Below are positions 42,908 through 54,400 of a stretch of DNA of 64,000 bases, piece by piece. Made by a program: the position numbers and the translations under genes. Every line of letters starts with the position of its first letter. Position 1 is the stretch's first letter. This stretch comes from Longimicrobiales bacterium (lineage in GTDB: Bacteria > Gemmatimonadota > Gemmatimonadetes > Longimicrobiales > Gaopeijiaceae), in assembly GCA_965203485.1 (NCBI GenBank), contig OZ241892.1, positions 1,792,001-1,856,000 of the forward strand, given 5' to 3'. The notes below the pieces were generated by a model. It had not been told where the DNA came from and ran no database searches. It was given only the letters and a program-made list of their open reading frames with translations.

Positions 42908-44484
42908 ATTCCCCAGACCGCGATCTCGGCGCCGCTCTCGGCGGTGCGGCTGTCTCGGAAGGTCTTGTCGTCCCAGCTGCGCTCCTCGCTGCGGTCGAAG
43001 ACGACCAAGTGCCCGGCTTCGGCCTCGCAGCGATCCATGTAGGCCGCAGTCTGCTCCACGCCTTCGGCCACCACGCGCTCCAGGCCGCCGCCCGCTTGGC
43101 GCACCTTGCACTCGACCACGTACTTGCGCACCGCCTCGCCCTCGGGCCACTCGATCAGCAGCTCCGCGCGGCGCCGGCCCATGCCGTGTTCGCGCTGGAC
43201 CCGGCCGCCGCTGTTCACCACGCGCTGCAAGAACGCCTGCAGCAGAAGGTGCGGGCCCGCCTCCTTGTAGTCGAACCGCTCCACCCAGCTCTCGGCGTTC
43301 TCGCGGAAGAACTCCTGAAAGCGGGCAAGGAGCTTCTCCAGCCGCAACGCGCCGGCGGCGTCCACGTACCACGCCGGGTCGTCCTGAATCTTGAGCTGGG
43401 CCGCCCGCGTCAGTTGGCGGGGCACGACCTCCGCGTAGATCGGATTCGCGATGCGCAACGGCTCGTCCTGGGCGATCAGTCCCAGGTCTCGGACGTACTC
43501 GATGTCGTCGACAGTGGACTCCAGGCCGTCCCCGCCGACCAGAAGGGGCTCGATCACGCGCCGAACGCGGTCCTCCTCGAGCTTGTCGGCGAGCTGGTCG
43601 AGGTGCGTGTCGCGGCGCAGGATCAGCGCCTCCTCCGCGTCCAGAACGTCGGCGGCGGTCACCGGGCGCGACCGGTCCGCCTCCGACGGGCAGCGGAAGC
43701 AGGCTTCGTAGGCCAGGGCGTTCACCAGCCAGGGCTGGCCCCGGGTTTGCGTCCAAACGGCGTCCAGCGCGGCGGCGGCGAACGCTTGGCCGGTCTCGTC
43801 GGTGTGCTGTCCGAGCAAGGCGAGCGTCTCGTCCCGCGAGAAGTCGCCCAAGCGCACGGACTCGGCCTTGATGTTGAAGGCGCTGCCGCCCGCGACCATG
43901 GTGCCGGCCGAGCGGGACGAGATGCGGTAGTCTCGGATGTCCCGGACGCCGCACAGGATCACGCTTTGGGGGAAGCCGTCGGGGCGCATGTCGTAGCCCG
44001 CCCGAAGCTGCCTCAGCACTGCCAGCAACGAATCGCCCACCAGCGCGTCGATCTCGTCGATCAACAGCACGATCGGCCGCTCGCCGGCTTGAGCCCATTG
44101 GGTGAGAGCTGCGCCGAGCGCACCGTCGCCGAACTCGGCCGCAATGCGACACCACGCGCCCAGCAAGAGGTCGTCGCCGGTCGCTCGCCGAGACCGCAGC
44201 GCCAGCTGGCCCAAGACGACCCGAGTCGCCCGCTCCACGTCTTCCCGCATCGCCTGGGCGCCTTCCACGTTCACGTAGACGCACCTGTGGCGGCCTTCCG
44301 CGTTCAACAAGTCCTGAAGGGCCAGGAGGGCCGACGTCTTCCCTGTCTGGCGCGGCGCATGGAGCACGAAGTAGCGCTTGCGGTCGATCAGTCGCCGGAC
44401 GTCGGCAAGGTCCACGCGAGCGAGCGGCGGGACACGGTAGTGGTCGGCCGCCACCACCGGGCCGGACGTGTTGAAGAAGCGCAT
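42904..44484 (-). CDS. AAA-like ATPase with C-terminal PD-(D/E)xK-like domain
   Basis: MRFFNTSGPV start, Walker A APRQTGKTS, Walker B LLIDEID, GQPWLVNAL and C-terminal RAELLI...VVECK. Confidence 0.85.
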   Translation of the reverse strand: MRFFNTSGPVVAADHYRVPPLARVDLADVRRLIDRKRYFVLHAPRQTGKTSALLALQDLLNAEGRHRCVYVNVEGAQAMREDVERATRVVLGQLALRSRRATGDDLLLGAWCRIAAEFGDGALGAALTQWAQAGERPIVLLIDEIDALVGDSLLAVLRQLRAGYDMRPDGFPQSVILCGVRDIRDYRISSRSAGTMVAGGSAFNIKAESVRLGDFSRDETLALLGQHTDETGQAFAAAALDAVWTQTRGQPWLVNALAYEACFRCPSEADRSRPVTAADVLDAEEALILRRDTHLDQLADKLEEDRVRRVIEPLLVGGDGLESTVDDIEYVRDLGLIAQDEPLRIANPIYAEVVPRQLTRAAQLKIQDDPAWYVDAAGALRLEKLLARFQEFFRENAESWVERFDYKEAGPHLLLQAFLQRVVNSGGRVQREHGMGRRRAELLIEWPEGEAVRKYVVECKVRQAGGGLERVVAEGVEQTAAYMDRCEAEAGHLVVFDRSEERSWDDKTFRDSRTAESGAEIAVWGM

Positions 44485-44656
44485 CACCGTGTCTCCGCGA
44501 CTGTTGGGCGGACCGTCGGCTCTCGGCATCTCCCCCGCCCCCTTTTGCTTGCCGAGGGTTGCGTGGGCGTTCCGGCATCCGCGAATCCTGCGGGCCGCGC
44601 CCGCCCCGAGTCAAGCGCGCTTCCCCGGCGTCGGCCGGCGGCGGACGGGCAGCGCG

Positions 44657-46417
44657 TCAGACCTCCAAGCCCAGCGTGTCGATCTTGCGGTAGAGGGTGC
44701 GCTCGCCGATTCCCAGGGACTCGGCCGCGATGCGGCGGTTGCCGGACGCGGATTCCAAGGCCGCGGCGATCGTGGCGCGCTCGGCCTCCTCCAGCGTCAT
44801 TCCGGCGCGGTACACAACGGGGTCTAGGGGCGGCTCTGGAACGGCCGGGCCGGGCTGGCCGGACGCGGCAAGGACGGGGGCCTCGGCATCGTCGGCGGTT
44901 TCCGGCCCAGGACGGGCGACCGGAGACGAAGCGGGCGCCGTGGCGGCGGGCGCGGCGGCAACGATGTCCGCGGGCTTGGGACGGGCGGCCGGACGCGAGG
45001 CGGGCGCGGCTGTGGCAGGGGGCTCGGCGGCGGCGGCTTCGGTCGCGGAATCGGCGTCCCCGGCGGCGCGGTCGTACACGATCTCGCCGTCCTCGCGTGC
45101 GCCGGCGCCGTCCAGTTGGGGCGCGGGCGGGGTTCGCGCAACGAGGATGCCTCCTTCGGCGCGGGCTTCGGAGCGGCGGAACGCCTCGAACTCGGCGCGC
45201 AGGTCCTCGATGTCCACCTTCATCTGCATCATGGAGCGGAAGACGAACTCGAGCTGCGGACGGAGCACGCCGGTCTTGTCGAAGGAGGCGGCGCCCGTGG
45301 CGGGCGCCAGCGCGGTCGAGGGCTCGCGTTCCGCGAAGTCGGACGGGATGTCTTCGGCGCGGATCTCCCTGCCGGGCGCCAGCACGACCATGCTCTCGAT
45401 CAAGTTGCGGAGCTCGCGGACGTTGCCGGGCCAGCGGTGGCGGACGAGGATGTCCATCGCTGCCGCCGAGATGCCGGCGAAAGGGCCGCGGTCGTGCCTC
45501 TTGCTCGCGTCGCGCACGAAGGCGTCGACCAGAAGGGGGATGTCCTCGCGGCGCCGGCGCAGCGGCGGGAGCGGGATGTGCAGGACGTTGAGGCGGTAGT
45601 AGAGATCCCTGCGGAACGTGCCCTGGGCGACCATGTCGCGCAGGCGCTGATTCGTGGCCGCGACGATGCGCACGTCGACGTGCACGACCTTCTGGCCGCC
45701 GACCCGCAGGAACTCCCGCTGCTCCAGCACGCGCAGCAGCTTGGTCTGCGTCTGGAGGGGCATCTCGCCGATTTCGTCCAGGAAGATGGTGCCGCCGGAA
45801 GCCAGCTCGAACAGGCCGCGGCGCGAATCGATCGCGCCCGTGAAGGCGCCCTTCTCGTGCCCGAACAACTCGCTCTCGAGCAGCGTCTCGGTCAAGGCGG
45901 CGACGTTGACGGCCACGAACGCCTTGCGGCGGCGCTTGGACAGCGCGTGGAGACCGCGTGCCACGAGTTCCTTGCCGGTGCCGGACTCGCCGGTCACGAG
46001 CACGGTGACGTCCACGGGAGCGATCTGGACGACGCGCTCGAGCACTTCGATCATCGGGTCCGTCTCGCCGATGATGCCGGTGGCTTCCCGCAACTTGCCG
46101 CGGTCCACTGCCCGACACCCCATGAGCACGATCTCGTCGGCGTCGGCCGGCGCCGGGAACGCGGCGGCCAGCCCGGGAGCCGGAGCGGCGCCGACGGCGA
46201 ACACCGGCACGCCGTTCTTGCGGCCCGCTTCGGCGAGCGCGGGGGCCCCCTTCGCCTCGGCGCCTCCGGTCAGGACCAGGAGCGCCGCGTCGGCGACGGC
46301 GTCGGGGTCGTCGTAGGCGGTGACCAGCTCCACGCGATGCCCGGCCGCCTCGAAGCCGGTCCGCAACTCGCCCGCCAGCGGCAGGTCGTCAGTCGTGACG
46401 ACGACGGTCTCCGCCAT
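44657..46417 (-). CDS. Sigma54-dependent enhancer-binding protein (degenerate receiver-AAA+-Fis HTH)
   Basis: GESGTGKE, ELFGHEKGAFTGA, FLDEIGE, WPGNVREL and C-terminal HTH LGIGERTLYRKI. Confidence 0.95.
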   Translation of the reverse strand: MAETVVVTTDDLPLAGELRTGFEAAGHRVELVTAYDDPDAVADAALLVLTGGAEAKGAPALAEAGRKNGVPVFAVGAAPAPGLAAAFPAPADADEIVLMGCRAVDRGKLREATGIIGETDPMIEVLERVVQIAPVDVTVLVTGESGTGKELVARGLHALSKRRRKAFVAVNVAALTETLLESELFGHEKGAFTGAIDSRRGLFELASGGTIFLDEIGEMPLQTQTKLLRVLEQREFLRVGGQKVVHVDVRIVAATNQRLRDMVAQGTFRRDLYYRLNVLHIPLPPLRRRREDIPLLVDAFVRDASKRHDRGPFAGISAAAMDILVRHRWPGNVRELRNLIESMVVLAPGREIRAEDIPSDFAEREPSTALAPATGAASFDKTGVLRPQLEFVFRSMMQMKVDIEDLRAEFEAFRRSEARAEGGILVARTPPAPQLDGAGAREDGEIVYDRAAGDADSATEAAAAEPPATAAPASRPAARPKPADIVAAAPAATAPASSPVARPGPETADDAEAPVLAASGQPGPAVPEPPLDPVVYRAGMTLEEAERATIAAALESASGNRRIAAESLGIGERTLYRKIDTLGLEV

Positions 46418-46432
46418 GGCGTCCGGGCCCCT

Positions 46433-47542
46433 TCAGCGGCGGATGGAGCCTTCGGTGTAGAAGGGCGGCCGCTGCGTGAGGCCGGGCACGACCTTGTCGC
46501 GTATGCGAATGCCGACCTCCGTGCCGGGCTTGGCGGCCGCCTCGGGCAACCGCGCAAGGGCGATTCCGGCGCCCAGGGACGGGCTGGCGACGCCGGAAGT
46601 GACGACCCCGGCATCCTCGCCGCGATGGACCACGGGATATCCGGGCCGGGGAAAGCCCCGTTCGGTCAGCCGGATGCCCGTCAGCCGGCGCGCGACGCCT
46701 CGCTCCTTCTGCTCCGCCAGCGCCGCTCGTCCCACGAAGTCGCCCGCGTCCAGCTTGACGATCCATCCCAGCGCGGATTCCAGGGCCGTGTGCCGCTCGT
46801 CCAGGTCGTTCCCGTACAATGCGTACCCCATCTCCAGCCGCAGCGAGTCCCGCGCCCCGAGGCCCGCCGGGACGGCGCGCGCCTCCCCGCTCTCGGTAAC
46901 CGCCCGCCAGACCGCCTCGGCCCCCGACGCGGGAACGTAGAGCTCGAACCCGTCTTCGCCCGTGTAGCCGGTGCGGCTGATCACGGCTTCCACGCCGGCC
47001 ACCGTTCCTTCGGCGAACCTGTAGTAGCCGATTCCGTCGAGGCACGGCTCCGCCAGCGGCTCCAGGACCTGCCGGCAAGCCGGACCCTGCACGGCCACAA
47101 GCGCCGTGGCGTCCGAGTCGTCGGCCAAGTCCACCTCGTAACCGGCGGCGTGACCGGCGATCCACTGCCAGTCCTTGGCGCGGTTCGCGGCGTTGACGAC
47201 CAGCATGAAGCGGTCGTCGAAGCGATAAACGAGCAGGTCGTCGAGCACGCGGCCGTCTTCGTCGCACAGGGCGGAGTACTGCGCTTGGCCCGGCGTCGCG
47301 CGCGTCGCGTCGTTGACCGTCAAGTACTGGACGAGCGCCTCGGCCTGGGGACCTCCGACGGTGAACTCGCCCATGTGCGACACGTCGAAGACGACGCACG
47401 ACTCGCGGGCCGCCACGTGTTCCGCCCGGATTCCCGAGGGGTAGTGGATGGGCATCTCGTAGCCGGCGAACGCGACCATGCGGGCGCCCAGGGCGAGGTG
47501 GACGTCGTGGAGCGGCGTGCGGAGGCTGGGCTTGGCGTCCAT
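46433..47542 (-). CDS. gcvT: Glycine cleavage system aminomethyltransferase T
   Basis: RTPLH, FDVSHMG, RTGYTGEDGFE and GARDSLRLEMG. Confidence 0.96.
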   Translation of the reverse strand: MDAKPSLRTPLHDVHLALGARMVAFAGYEMPIHYPSGIRAEHVAARESCVVFDVSHMGEFTVGGPQAEALVQYLTVNDATRATPGQAQYSALCDEDGRVLDDLLVYRFDDRFMLVVNAANRAKDWQWIAGHAAGYEVDLADDSDATALVAVQGPACRQVLEPLAEPCLDGIGYYRFAEGTVAGVEAVISRTGYTGEDGFELYVPASGAEAVWRAVTESGEARAVPAGLGARDSLRLEMGYALYGNDLDERHTALESALGWIVKLDAGDFVGRAALAEQKERGVARRLTGIRLTERGFPRPGYPVVHRGEDAGVVTSGVASPSLGAGIALARLPEAAAKPGTEVGIRIRDKVVPGLTQRPPFYTEGSIRR

Positions 47543-47590
47543 TTGTCTTCTCCCGGTGCTCCGAGGGGAGCAGAGGCTCCCGCCGGCGGT

Positions 47591-48496
47591 TCAGCCGATG
47601 AGGTCGAGGAAGAGAGCCTGGGCGACGTGCAGACGGTTCTCCGCCTCGCGGAACACGCGCGAACGAGGGCCGTCGATGACCGCGGCAGCGACTTCCTCGC
47701 CCCGGTGGGCGGGCAGGCAATGCAGGAATATGGCGTCCGGGCGCGCCCGTGCCATGAGCGGTTCGTCCACCTGGAAGCCCGCGAACGCGGCGGCGCGGGC
47801 ATGTTGCTCTTCCTCCTGTCCCATCGACGCCCAGACGTCGGTCGCCACCACGTCGGCGCCCGTCACCGCGTCGGCCGGGCTGCGGACAAGCTCGGCGTCC
47901 GCCGCCGCCGCGGCTTGCAGAATCGCGGGATCGGGGTCGTATCCCTCGGGACAAGCCAGGCGCAACGAGAAGCCCAGCCGGCTCGATGCGTTGATCCACG
48001 AGTTGGCCATGTTGTTGCCGTCGCCGACCCAGGCCACGCGGCGCTCCTCGAGGCGCGGACCGAACTCTTCGCGAACGGTGAGGAGGTCGGCCATGACTTG
48101 GCACGGGTGCAGCAGGTCGGTGAGGCCGTTGACGACGGGCACGGCGGACGCGGCGGCGAAGTCGAGCAGGTCCTCGTGGGCGAAGGTGCGCAGCAGAACG
48201 GCATCCGCGTAGCGGCTCAGGACGCGCGCCGTGTCGGCGACGCTCTCGCCTCGGCTCATTTGAGAGTCGGCGCGGGCGATCATGAGGGCGTGGCCGCCAA
48301 GGCGCGTCATGGCGACTTCGGCGCTGGCGCGCGTCCGGGTCGAGGCCTTCTGGAAGATCATCGCCAGAGAGCGTCCCTCCAGCGGCCGGTTGCCAGGCGG
48401 GTCGGCCTTGACGCGCTGCGCGAGGTCGAGCAACCGAATCAAGTCGTCCGGATCGCGGCTCGCCAGGTCGAGGAAGTCGCGGGAAGAAGGCGCCAT
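47591..48496 (-). CDS. argF: Ornithine carbamoyltransferase
   Basis: STRTR, HPCQ, WASMG and HCLP. Confidence 0.95.
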   Translation of the reverse strand: MAPSSRDFLDLASRDPDDLIRLLDLAQRVKADPPGNRPLEGRSLAMIFQKASTRTRASAEVAMTRLGGHALMIARADSQMSRGESVADTARVLSRYADAVLLRTFAHEDLLDFAAASAVPVVNGLTDLLHPCQVMADLLTVREEFGPRLEERRVAWVGDGNNMANSWINASSRLGFSLRLACPEGYDPDPAILQAAAAADAELVRSPADAVTGADVVATDVWASMGQEEEQHARAAAFAGFQVDEPLMARARPDAIFLHCLPAHRGEEVAAAVIDGPRSRVFREAENRLHVAQALFLDLIG

Positions 48497-48503
48497 CTCC
48501 GCC

Positions 48504-50543
48504 CTAAAGGATGTAGCGGCTCAGGTCGGAGTCGGACACGACCGGTTGCAGGCGTGCTCTCACGAACGCGGCGTCCACCTCCCAGTCGGACGCTTCCTCG
48601 GGCAGGCCGAACATCATCTTCTCCATGACGGAGATGAGGACGGTCTGCAATCTGCGGGCGCCGATGTTCTCCATGCGCTCGTTGAGCTCGGCCGCAACCC
48701 GCGCGATCTCCTCCAAGCCGTCGTCCGTGAACGTGACCGTCGCGTCTTCGACCTGGATGAGCGCGGCGTACTGTCGGATCAGCGAGTTGTGCGGTTCCTT
48801 GAGAATCCGCACGAAGTCGGTCGCGTCGAGGCTTCTGAGCTCCACTCGGATGGGAAAGCGGCCCTGGATCTCGGGAATGAGGTCCGAGGGCTTGGAGACG
48901 TGGAACGCGCCCGCCGCGATGAAGAGGATGTGCTCGGTGGAGATGAGGCCGTACTTCGTCTGCACGTTGCAACCTTCGACGACCGGAAGCAGGTCGCGCT
49001 GAACCCCTTCCCTGCTTACGTCGGGCCCCGCCCCGCGCTGGGGCGCGGCGATCTTGTCGATTTCGTCGAGGAAGACGATGCCGCTCTCCTCTACCCTGTC
49101 CATGGCGTCGAAGATCACGTCCTGGGTGTCCACCAGCTGGTCCAGTTCGTCCGAGAACAGGAACCGCCTCGCCTCGGCGACGGTGACCGTGCGCTGCTTC
49201 GTCTGCTTGGGAAGCATGTCGCGCAACGTTTCGGTGAAATGGACGTCGACGTCCTCCATGCGGCCGCCCGGGTTGGTCATCGCGTCGAAGAGCGGCGAAG
49301 TATGCCGAGTTTCCATCTCCACCATGCGGTTCTCGAGTTCCCCCTTTCTGAGGAGGGCCCGAAGCTTCTCGCGGGTGCGCGCGAGGCGGTCGGTCATGGG
49401 CCGGTCGTCGGACTCCGGCTCGTCGGCGTCAGCGGGCGCCTCGGCGGCATTCGCCGACTGCTCGTCCCCGGCCCCCGCTTCACCGGGCGGCAGAGGAGAT
49501 TCGGACGACGCGCCGCTTCGCGGAGCTGCCGTATCCTCGCCGCCGCCGGTCCGCCGCGCCACGCCGTCCTTGCCCGCCAGAAACGCCGCCGCCGATTCCT
49601 CGTCCAGCGCCGCCGCGCCGCGCCGTTCCGCGTCGCCGTCGCCGCCGCCCGCCGCGCCGGGAGCTTCCTTGTCGCCGCCCTTGTCCGGCCGCTCCGGATC
49701 CGGATCGGCGCGGCGGCCGGCCCGCTTGCGGGGCTTCTCGGCAGAGTCGGGGAGGAGCAGGTCGAGCAGCCGCTCTTCCGCGCGCCTGCGCGCTTCGGGC
49801 GCCATCTCTTCTTCGCGCTCGTTGCGCACCATGTTGACCGCGGTGTCCGCCAAGTCCCGTATCATGGCCTCTGCGTCGCGGCCCACGTAGCCCACCTCCG
49901 TGAACTTCGACGCCTCCACCTTGACGAAGGGAGATCCCGACAACCGCGCCATCCGCCGGGCGATCTCGGTCTTCCCCACGCCGGTCGGCCCGATCATGAT
50001 GAGGTTGTTGGGGAAGATTTCTTCGCGAAGCTGCGTGTCCTTGACCTTCTGGCGCCGCCAGCGGTTGCGGAGGGCGACTGCAACAGCCTTCTTGGCCTCG
50101 GACTGGCCGACGATGTACTTGTCGAGTTCGGCTACGATCTCGGCCGGCGTCAGGTTGATCAGCCAGTCGAGGAGTTCGTCGGAGAATTCGTCGTCGTCAA
50201 TGCCGTCTTCGTCGTCGTCGCACTCCGCGCTGGTCTCGTCGCGAGCGGCGCCGTGCCCTTCGCCGTTGTCGTCGCCGACGGCGCCCGCGTCGTCCGCATC
50301 TTCGCCGTCGCCGGCCTCGGCGGCAGGGGCGGGCGCGCGGCCGGCGAGCCGGGGAAGCTCGGGAGAGGAAGCGATGCTGGGCCTGCGCGCTCGTCCTCGT
50401 CCGGGGGCGTGGGCGGAGGAGGACAGCTGGCCGGCGGACCACCCTTGTTCAGGCGCGTGGCCGGCGACGGGCCGAGGCTTGGCGGCACCGCCTGGCCGGG
50501 CATGGAGAGACGCGGGAGTTGCGGGCGCGTCGGTGGGACTCAT
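48504..50543 (-). CDS. hslU: HslU ATPase with about 130-aa N-terminal extension and enlarged I-domain (679 aa)
   Basis: [40 protein letters not shown] and C-terminal DLSRYIL; ATG overlaps the hslV stop. Confidence 0.95.
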   Translation of the reverse strand: MSPTDAPATPASLHARPGGAAKPRPVAGHAPEQGWSAGQLSSSAHAPGRGRARRPSIASSPELPRLAGRAPAPAAEAGDGEDADDAGAVGDDNGEGHGAARDETSAECDDDEDGIDDDEFSDELLDWLINLTPAEIVAELDKYIVGQSEAKKAVAVALRNRWRRQKVKDTQLREEIFPNNLIMIGPTGVGKTEIARRMARLSGSPFVKVEASKFTEVGYVGRDAEAMIRDLADTAVNMVRNEREEEMAPEARRRAEERLLDLLLPDSAEKPRKRAGRRADPDPERPDKGGDKEAPGAAGGGDGDAERRGAAALDEESAAAFLAGKDGVARRTGGGEDTAAPRSGASSESPLPPGEAGAGDEQSANAAEAPADADEPESDDRPMTDRLARTREKLRALLRKGELENRMVEMETRHTSPLFDAMTNPGGRMEDVDVHFTETLRDMLPKQTKQRTVTVAEARRFLFSDELDQLVDTQDVIFDAMDRVEESGIVFLDEIDKIAAPQRGAGPDVSREGVQRDLLPVVEGCNVQTKYGLISTEHILFIAAGAFHVSKPSDLIPEIQGRFPIRVELRSLDATDFVRILKEPHNSLIRQYAALIQVEDATVTFTDDGLEEIARVAAELNERMENIGARRLQTVLISVMEKMMFGLPEEASDWEVDAAFVRARLQPVVSDSDLSRYIL

Positions 50544-51103
50544 GACGGTTTCAGTTCCTCGACCGTGATCTGGGAGTTGGTGTAGACGCAGATGTCGGCG
50601 GCGATCTCCAGCGCCCGGCGCGCGATGGTGGGAGCGTTCATGTTGGTGGATTCGTGCAACGCTCGCGCCGCGGCCAGCGCATAGCCGCCTCCCGATCCGA
50701 TGGCCAGTACCGGGACATCCGGCTCGATGACGTTGCCGTCGCCTCCGACCAGCAGCAACCGCTTGCGGTCGGCGACCGCCAACACAGCTTCGAGGCGGCG
50801 GAGGTAGCGGTCGGTCCGCCATTCCTTGGCCAGTTCCACGCAGGCCCGGGGAAGGTTCGAGGGCCAGCGGTCCAACATCGAATCCAGCTTGGCGAACAGC
50901 GTCACTGCGTCCGCCAACGCACCCGCGAAGCCTGCGAGTATCTGGCCGTTGCCCAAGCGCCGAACCTTCTGAGCGGCGGCCTTGACGACCATGTCGCCCA
51001 TCGTAACCTGGCCGTCTCCGGCCATGGCGACGCGTCCGCCCTTGGAAACCGCGATCACGGTGGTGGCCCGGACGTCGGAAGCAGGGCGAAAGGGAGACGT
51101 CAT
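50540..51103 (-). CDS. hslV: HslV protease subunit
   Basis: A|TTVIAV N-terminal Thr after a short propeptide; GDGQVT, GFAG, IGSGG and ICVYTN. Confidence 0.96.
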   Translation of the reverse strand: MTSPFRPASDVRATTVIAVSKGGRVAMAGDGQVTMGDMVVKAAAQKVRRLGNGQILAGFAGALADAVTLFAKLDSMLDRWPSNLPRACVELAKEWRTDRYLRRLEAVLAVADRKRLLLVGGDGNVIEPDVPVLAIGSGGGYALAAARALHESTNMNAPTIARRALEIAADICVYTNSQITVEELKPS

Positions 51104-51426
51104 GGAAGCGGCGCTGGAAGGAGACCGGACGGAACTGCACGCTCGAATCGGCGTCGGGAAGACGAACAAGTTTAACCCCGAAGCCGGGGCTGGTCTCAAG
51201 TCGTCATAAGCCGAATCGCTTCGGCACGGAGACGCCGGCGTCCGCGAATTGCCGTTCGGAGCGCCGGGGCGTCGTGAAGAGCTGGTTGGCCGGGCATCGA
51301 CGGATGCGGCGGCGCGGATATCAAAGTTGGGCGAATGCGAAGCGCGGCAGGCCTCCCCGACGCCGGGGACTGTTGCGGCGGGGAGGCTTGGCGCGCTTTT
51401 TGGCCGGCGGAGCCGTGCCGGGGGGT

Positions 51427-54400
51427 CTACCTGAGCTGGATGGCGCCTGCGATGCCGAGGCGGCGTTGCGGGGGTTCGAGCGGCGAGGAGGCGTGCTCGC
51501 CGTAGAGGTGGAGGAGGAAGCGCAGGCTCTGGGCGGGGTCTGCGGGCGAGTGCACGCCCGTGCCGGACTGGGCGGACGGGCCGAGCAACGAGAAGCGCGC
51601 GCCGGCGTTGAAGCGCTGGCCGGCGCCTGCGTCCTGGCTCCAGCGTCCGAAGGGCGTGATCGTGGCGCCGTTGTCGAGCGCGACGCCCCAGCCGAGTTCC
51701 ATGGCCATGCGCCCGGGCGCCCAGCCGGACGGCGCGGCCGTCGGCGCCGTTTGCACGGCGGGTTCGAGCGCGGCGGCGCCTTGGCGCCAGAGTTCGCCCG
51801 TGGCGCCCGCGCCGGCGCCCCATGCCGGCTCGACGGAGAGCGACAGGCCGTCCTCGGCGCCGCCGCCGGGCTGGAGCCGGAGCGAGACGCCGGCGCCCCA
51901 TTCGCGCAAGCCCTCGGCCTGGTGCGCGAGCAGCGCGCGCCCGCGCATCGCGACGGACAGGCCGGTGGGCGCGTGGTCGAACGACGCTTCGCCGCCCGCC
52001 TCGGCGCCGAGGCCGGTCTCGGCGTCGCCGGCGTCGAGGCGCGCGCCGAGCTCGAGCCGCGTGCGCAGCGACGCTTCGCCGCCGAGCGCCCAGGTCTTCG
52101 CGACTTCGGGCGCGAGCCGGACGCGGTGCGCGCGCGCGGTCACGCCTGCCAGGTCGGCCGCGTCGTCGGAGCGCACGCGCACGGAGAACGCGTCGGCCTT
52201 GAGCGCGATGCCGCCCGCCAGCTCGCGGCGCGCGCCGAGCGCGCCCATCAGCATCGCGATGTCGGCGCCGAACCGGCCGCCGGCCGTCTCCTCGAGCGTC
52301 GCGTCGCCGGTTCCGGCGCCTGCGAGGGCCCAGAGGCCGAGCCCGCCGGTGGGCGACCAGTGCACGTAGGGATGCACGCTGGTCAGGCTCGCGGCGACGG
52401 AGCCCGCGCCGTTGACGGCGCTCTCGAACTCGGTCTCGAAGCTGCTGCGCGCGCCGGCGACGCCGACGAGCAGGCCGGACGCGAAGCGGTAGTCGGCGCC
52501 GAGGTGCGCCGAGCGCGCGCGCCCGCCGTCGAAGCGCAGGCCGTCGGCCGGGCGGCCCTCGTAGCCGCCCATGCCGGCGCGGCCCCAGACGGTCCAGCCG
52601 GGACGCAGGCCGGCGGCGTCCTGCGCGCCGAACGCGCCCGAGTCGCTGGCCGCGCCGCCGCCGAGCGAGAGCTGGAACGAGCTGCGCTCGAGCAGGTCGC
52701 CGCCCGACAGCGGATTGAGCGTCACGCCGCCCGGCGTGGCCGCCGCCGGCTCCTGCTGGCCCCGGTAGTCGCCGCCCATGCCGAGGCCGCCGCCTGCCGG
52801 ACCGCCGAGTCCGCCTGCTCCCGCGCCCGGGCCGCCGAACAGCAGCGCGGCCGGGTCGAGCGCGCCAGCGGACGGCGCGCCGCCCAGGCCGCCGGCGCTC
52901 GGCAACGCGACTTGGACGCCGAGCAGGCCGGACGCGGCGCGCGCCAGCGCCTGCCAGCCGCACGCTCGAGCGCCCGTTTCGGCGCCCGCCCCCGCCTGCG
53001 CGGCCGCCCCGGCGGCTCCAACCCGGTCCTCCGCCCGTTGCGCGAAGCCGCCGTCGCACCCCACGGCGCGTCCTCCGAGCTGGAGGTGCGAGCGTCCGAG
53101 TCCGCCGGCCGACTCGATCCCGAGCCTGCCGCCGATCACGTCGACGGCCTCGGCGCCGAGCGAGCGCCCGAACGCGGCCAGCGCGCCCTCGAGCACGCGC
53201 GCTCGCTCGGAGCGCGACGCCTCGACGACGACGGCGACGGTCTGCTCGGCGGCCAGCCCGCCGGGATCGGTCGCCGTCACCGTCACGCTCGCCGTGCCGA
53301 TAGCGAACGGCTGGATGGTCAGCACGCCGCCCGCAACGCTCGCCGCCGCCACCGCCGTGTCGGACGACTCGGCGGCGTACGCGAGCGCGTCGCCGTCCGG
53401 GTCCCGGAAGTACGCGTCCAGCGTCTCCTGCACGGCCGCGCCGTGCGCGTCGAGCGCCGCGACGGCGATCTGCGCCGTCGCTTCGGGCGCCTCGTTGACG
53501 TCGGTCACGACGACGGTCGCGTTCGCCGTCGCCGCCAGGCCGCCCCTGTCCGTCGCGGCGACGACGAGCGCGTGCTCGCGCGGACCCGTCTCGTAATCCT
53601 CGCCGGCGCCGACGTAGCGCACGGCGCCGCTCGATGCGTCCAGCTCGAACAGGCCGCCGCCGTCCGAGACGAGGCTGTACGACAGCACGTCGCCCTCGTC
53701 CTCGTCGGCGGCGGCGACGGCGCCGACGGCGAGCGGGCCGGCCGCGTTCTCGGCCAGCTCGAACGTCCAGCTCGCCTGCTCGAACACGGGCGCCTCGTTC
53801 ACGTCGGCGACCGTCACGACGACGGCCGCCTGCGCGGCGAGGCCGTCGGCGCCCGTCGCGGCGACGACGAGCGCGTGCTCGCGCGGGCCCGTCTCGTAGT
53901 CCTCGCCCGCGCCCACGTAGCTGACCGCGCCGCTCGACGCGTCCAGCTCAAACAACCCGCCGCCGCCCGAGACCAGGCTGTACGACAGCGCCTCGCCCTC
54001 GTCCGGGTCGGTCGCGCTGACCGTGCCCAGCACGACTGGGCCGGCCGCGTTCTCGGCCAGCTCGAACGTCCAGCTCGCCTGCTCGAACACGGGCGCCTCG
54101 TCGGCGTCGGCGACGGCTATCACGACGCCGGCCGCCGCTCGCAATCCACCAGCGTCGGCGACGGCGACGGCCAGCGCGTGCTCGCGCGGACCCGTCTCGT
54201 AGTCTTCGCCGGCGCCGACGTAGCGCACGGCGCCGCTCGATGCGTCCAGCTCGAACAGCCCGCCGCCGCCCGAGACGAGGCTGTACGACAGCGCCTCGCC
54301 CTCGTCCGGGTCGGTCGCGCTGACCGTGCCCAGCACTATGGGCCCGGCCGCGTTCTCGGCCAGCTCGAACGTCCAGCTCGCCCGCTCGAACGCCGGCGCC

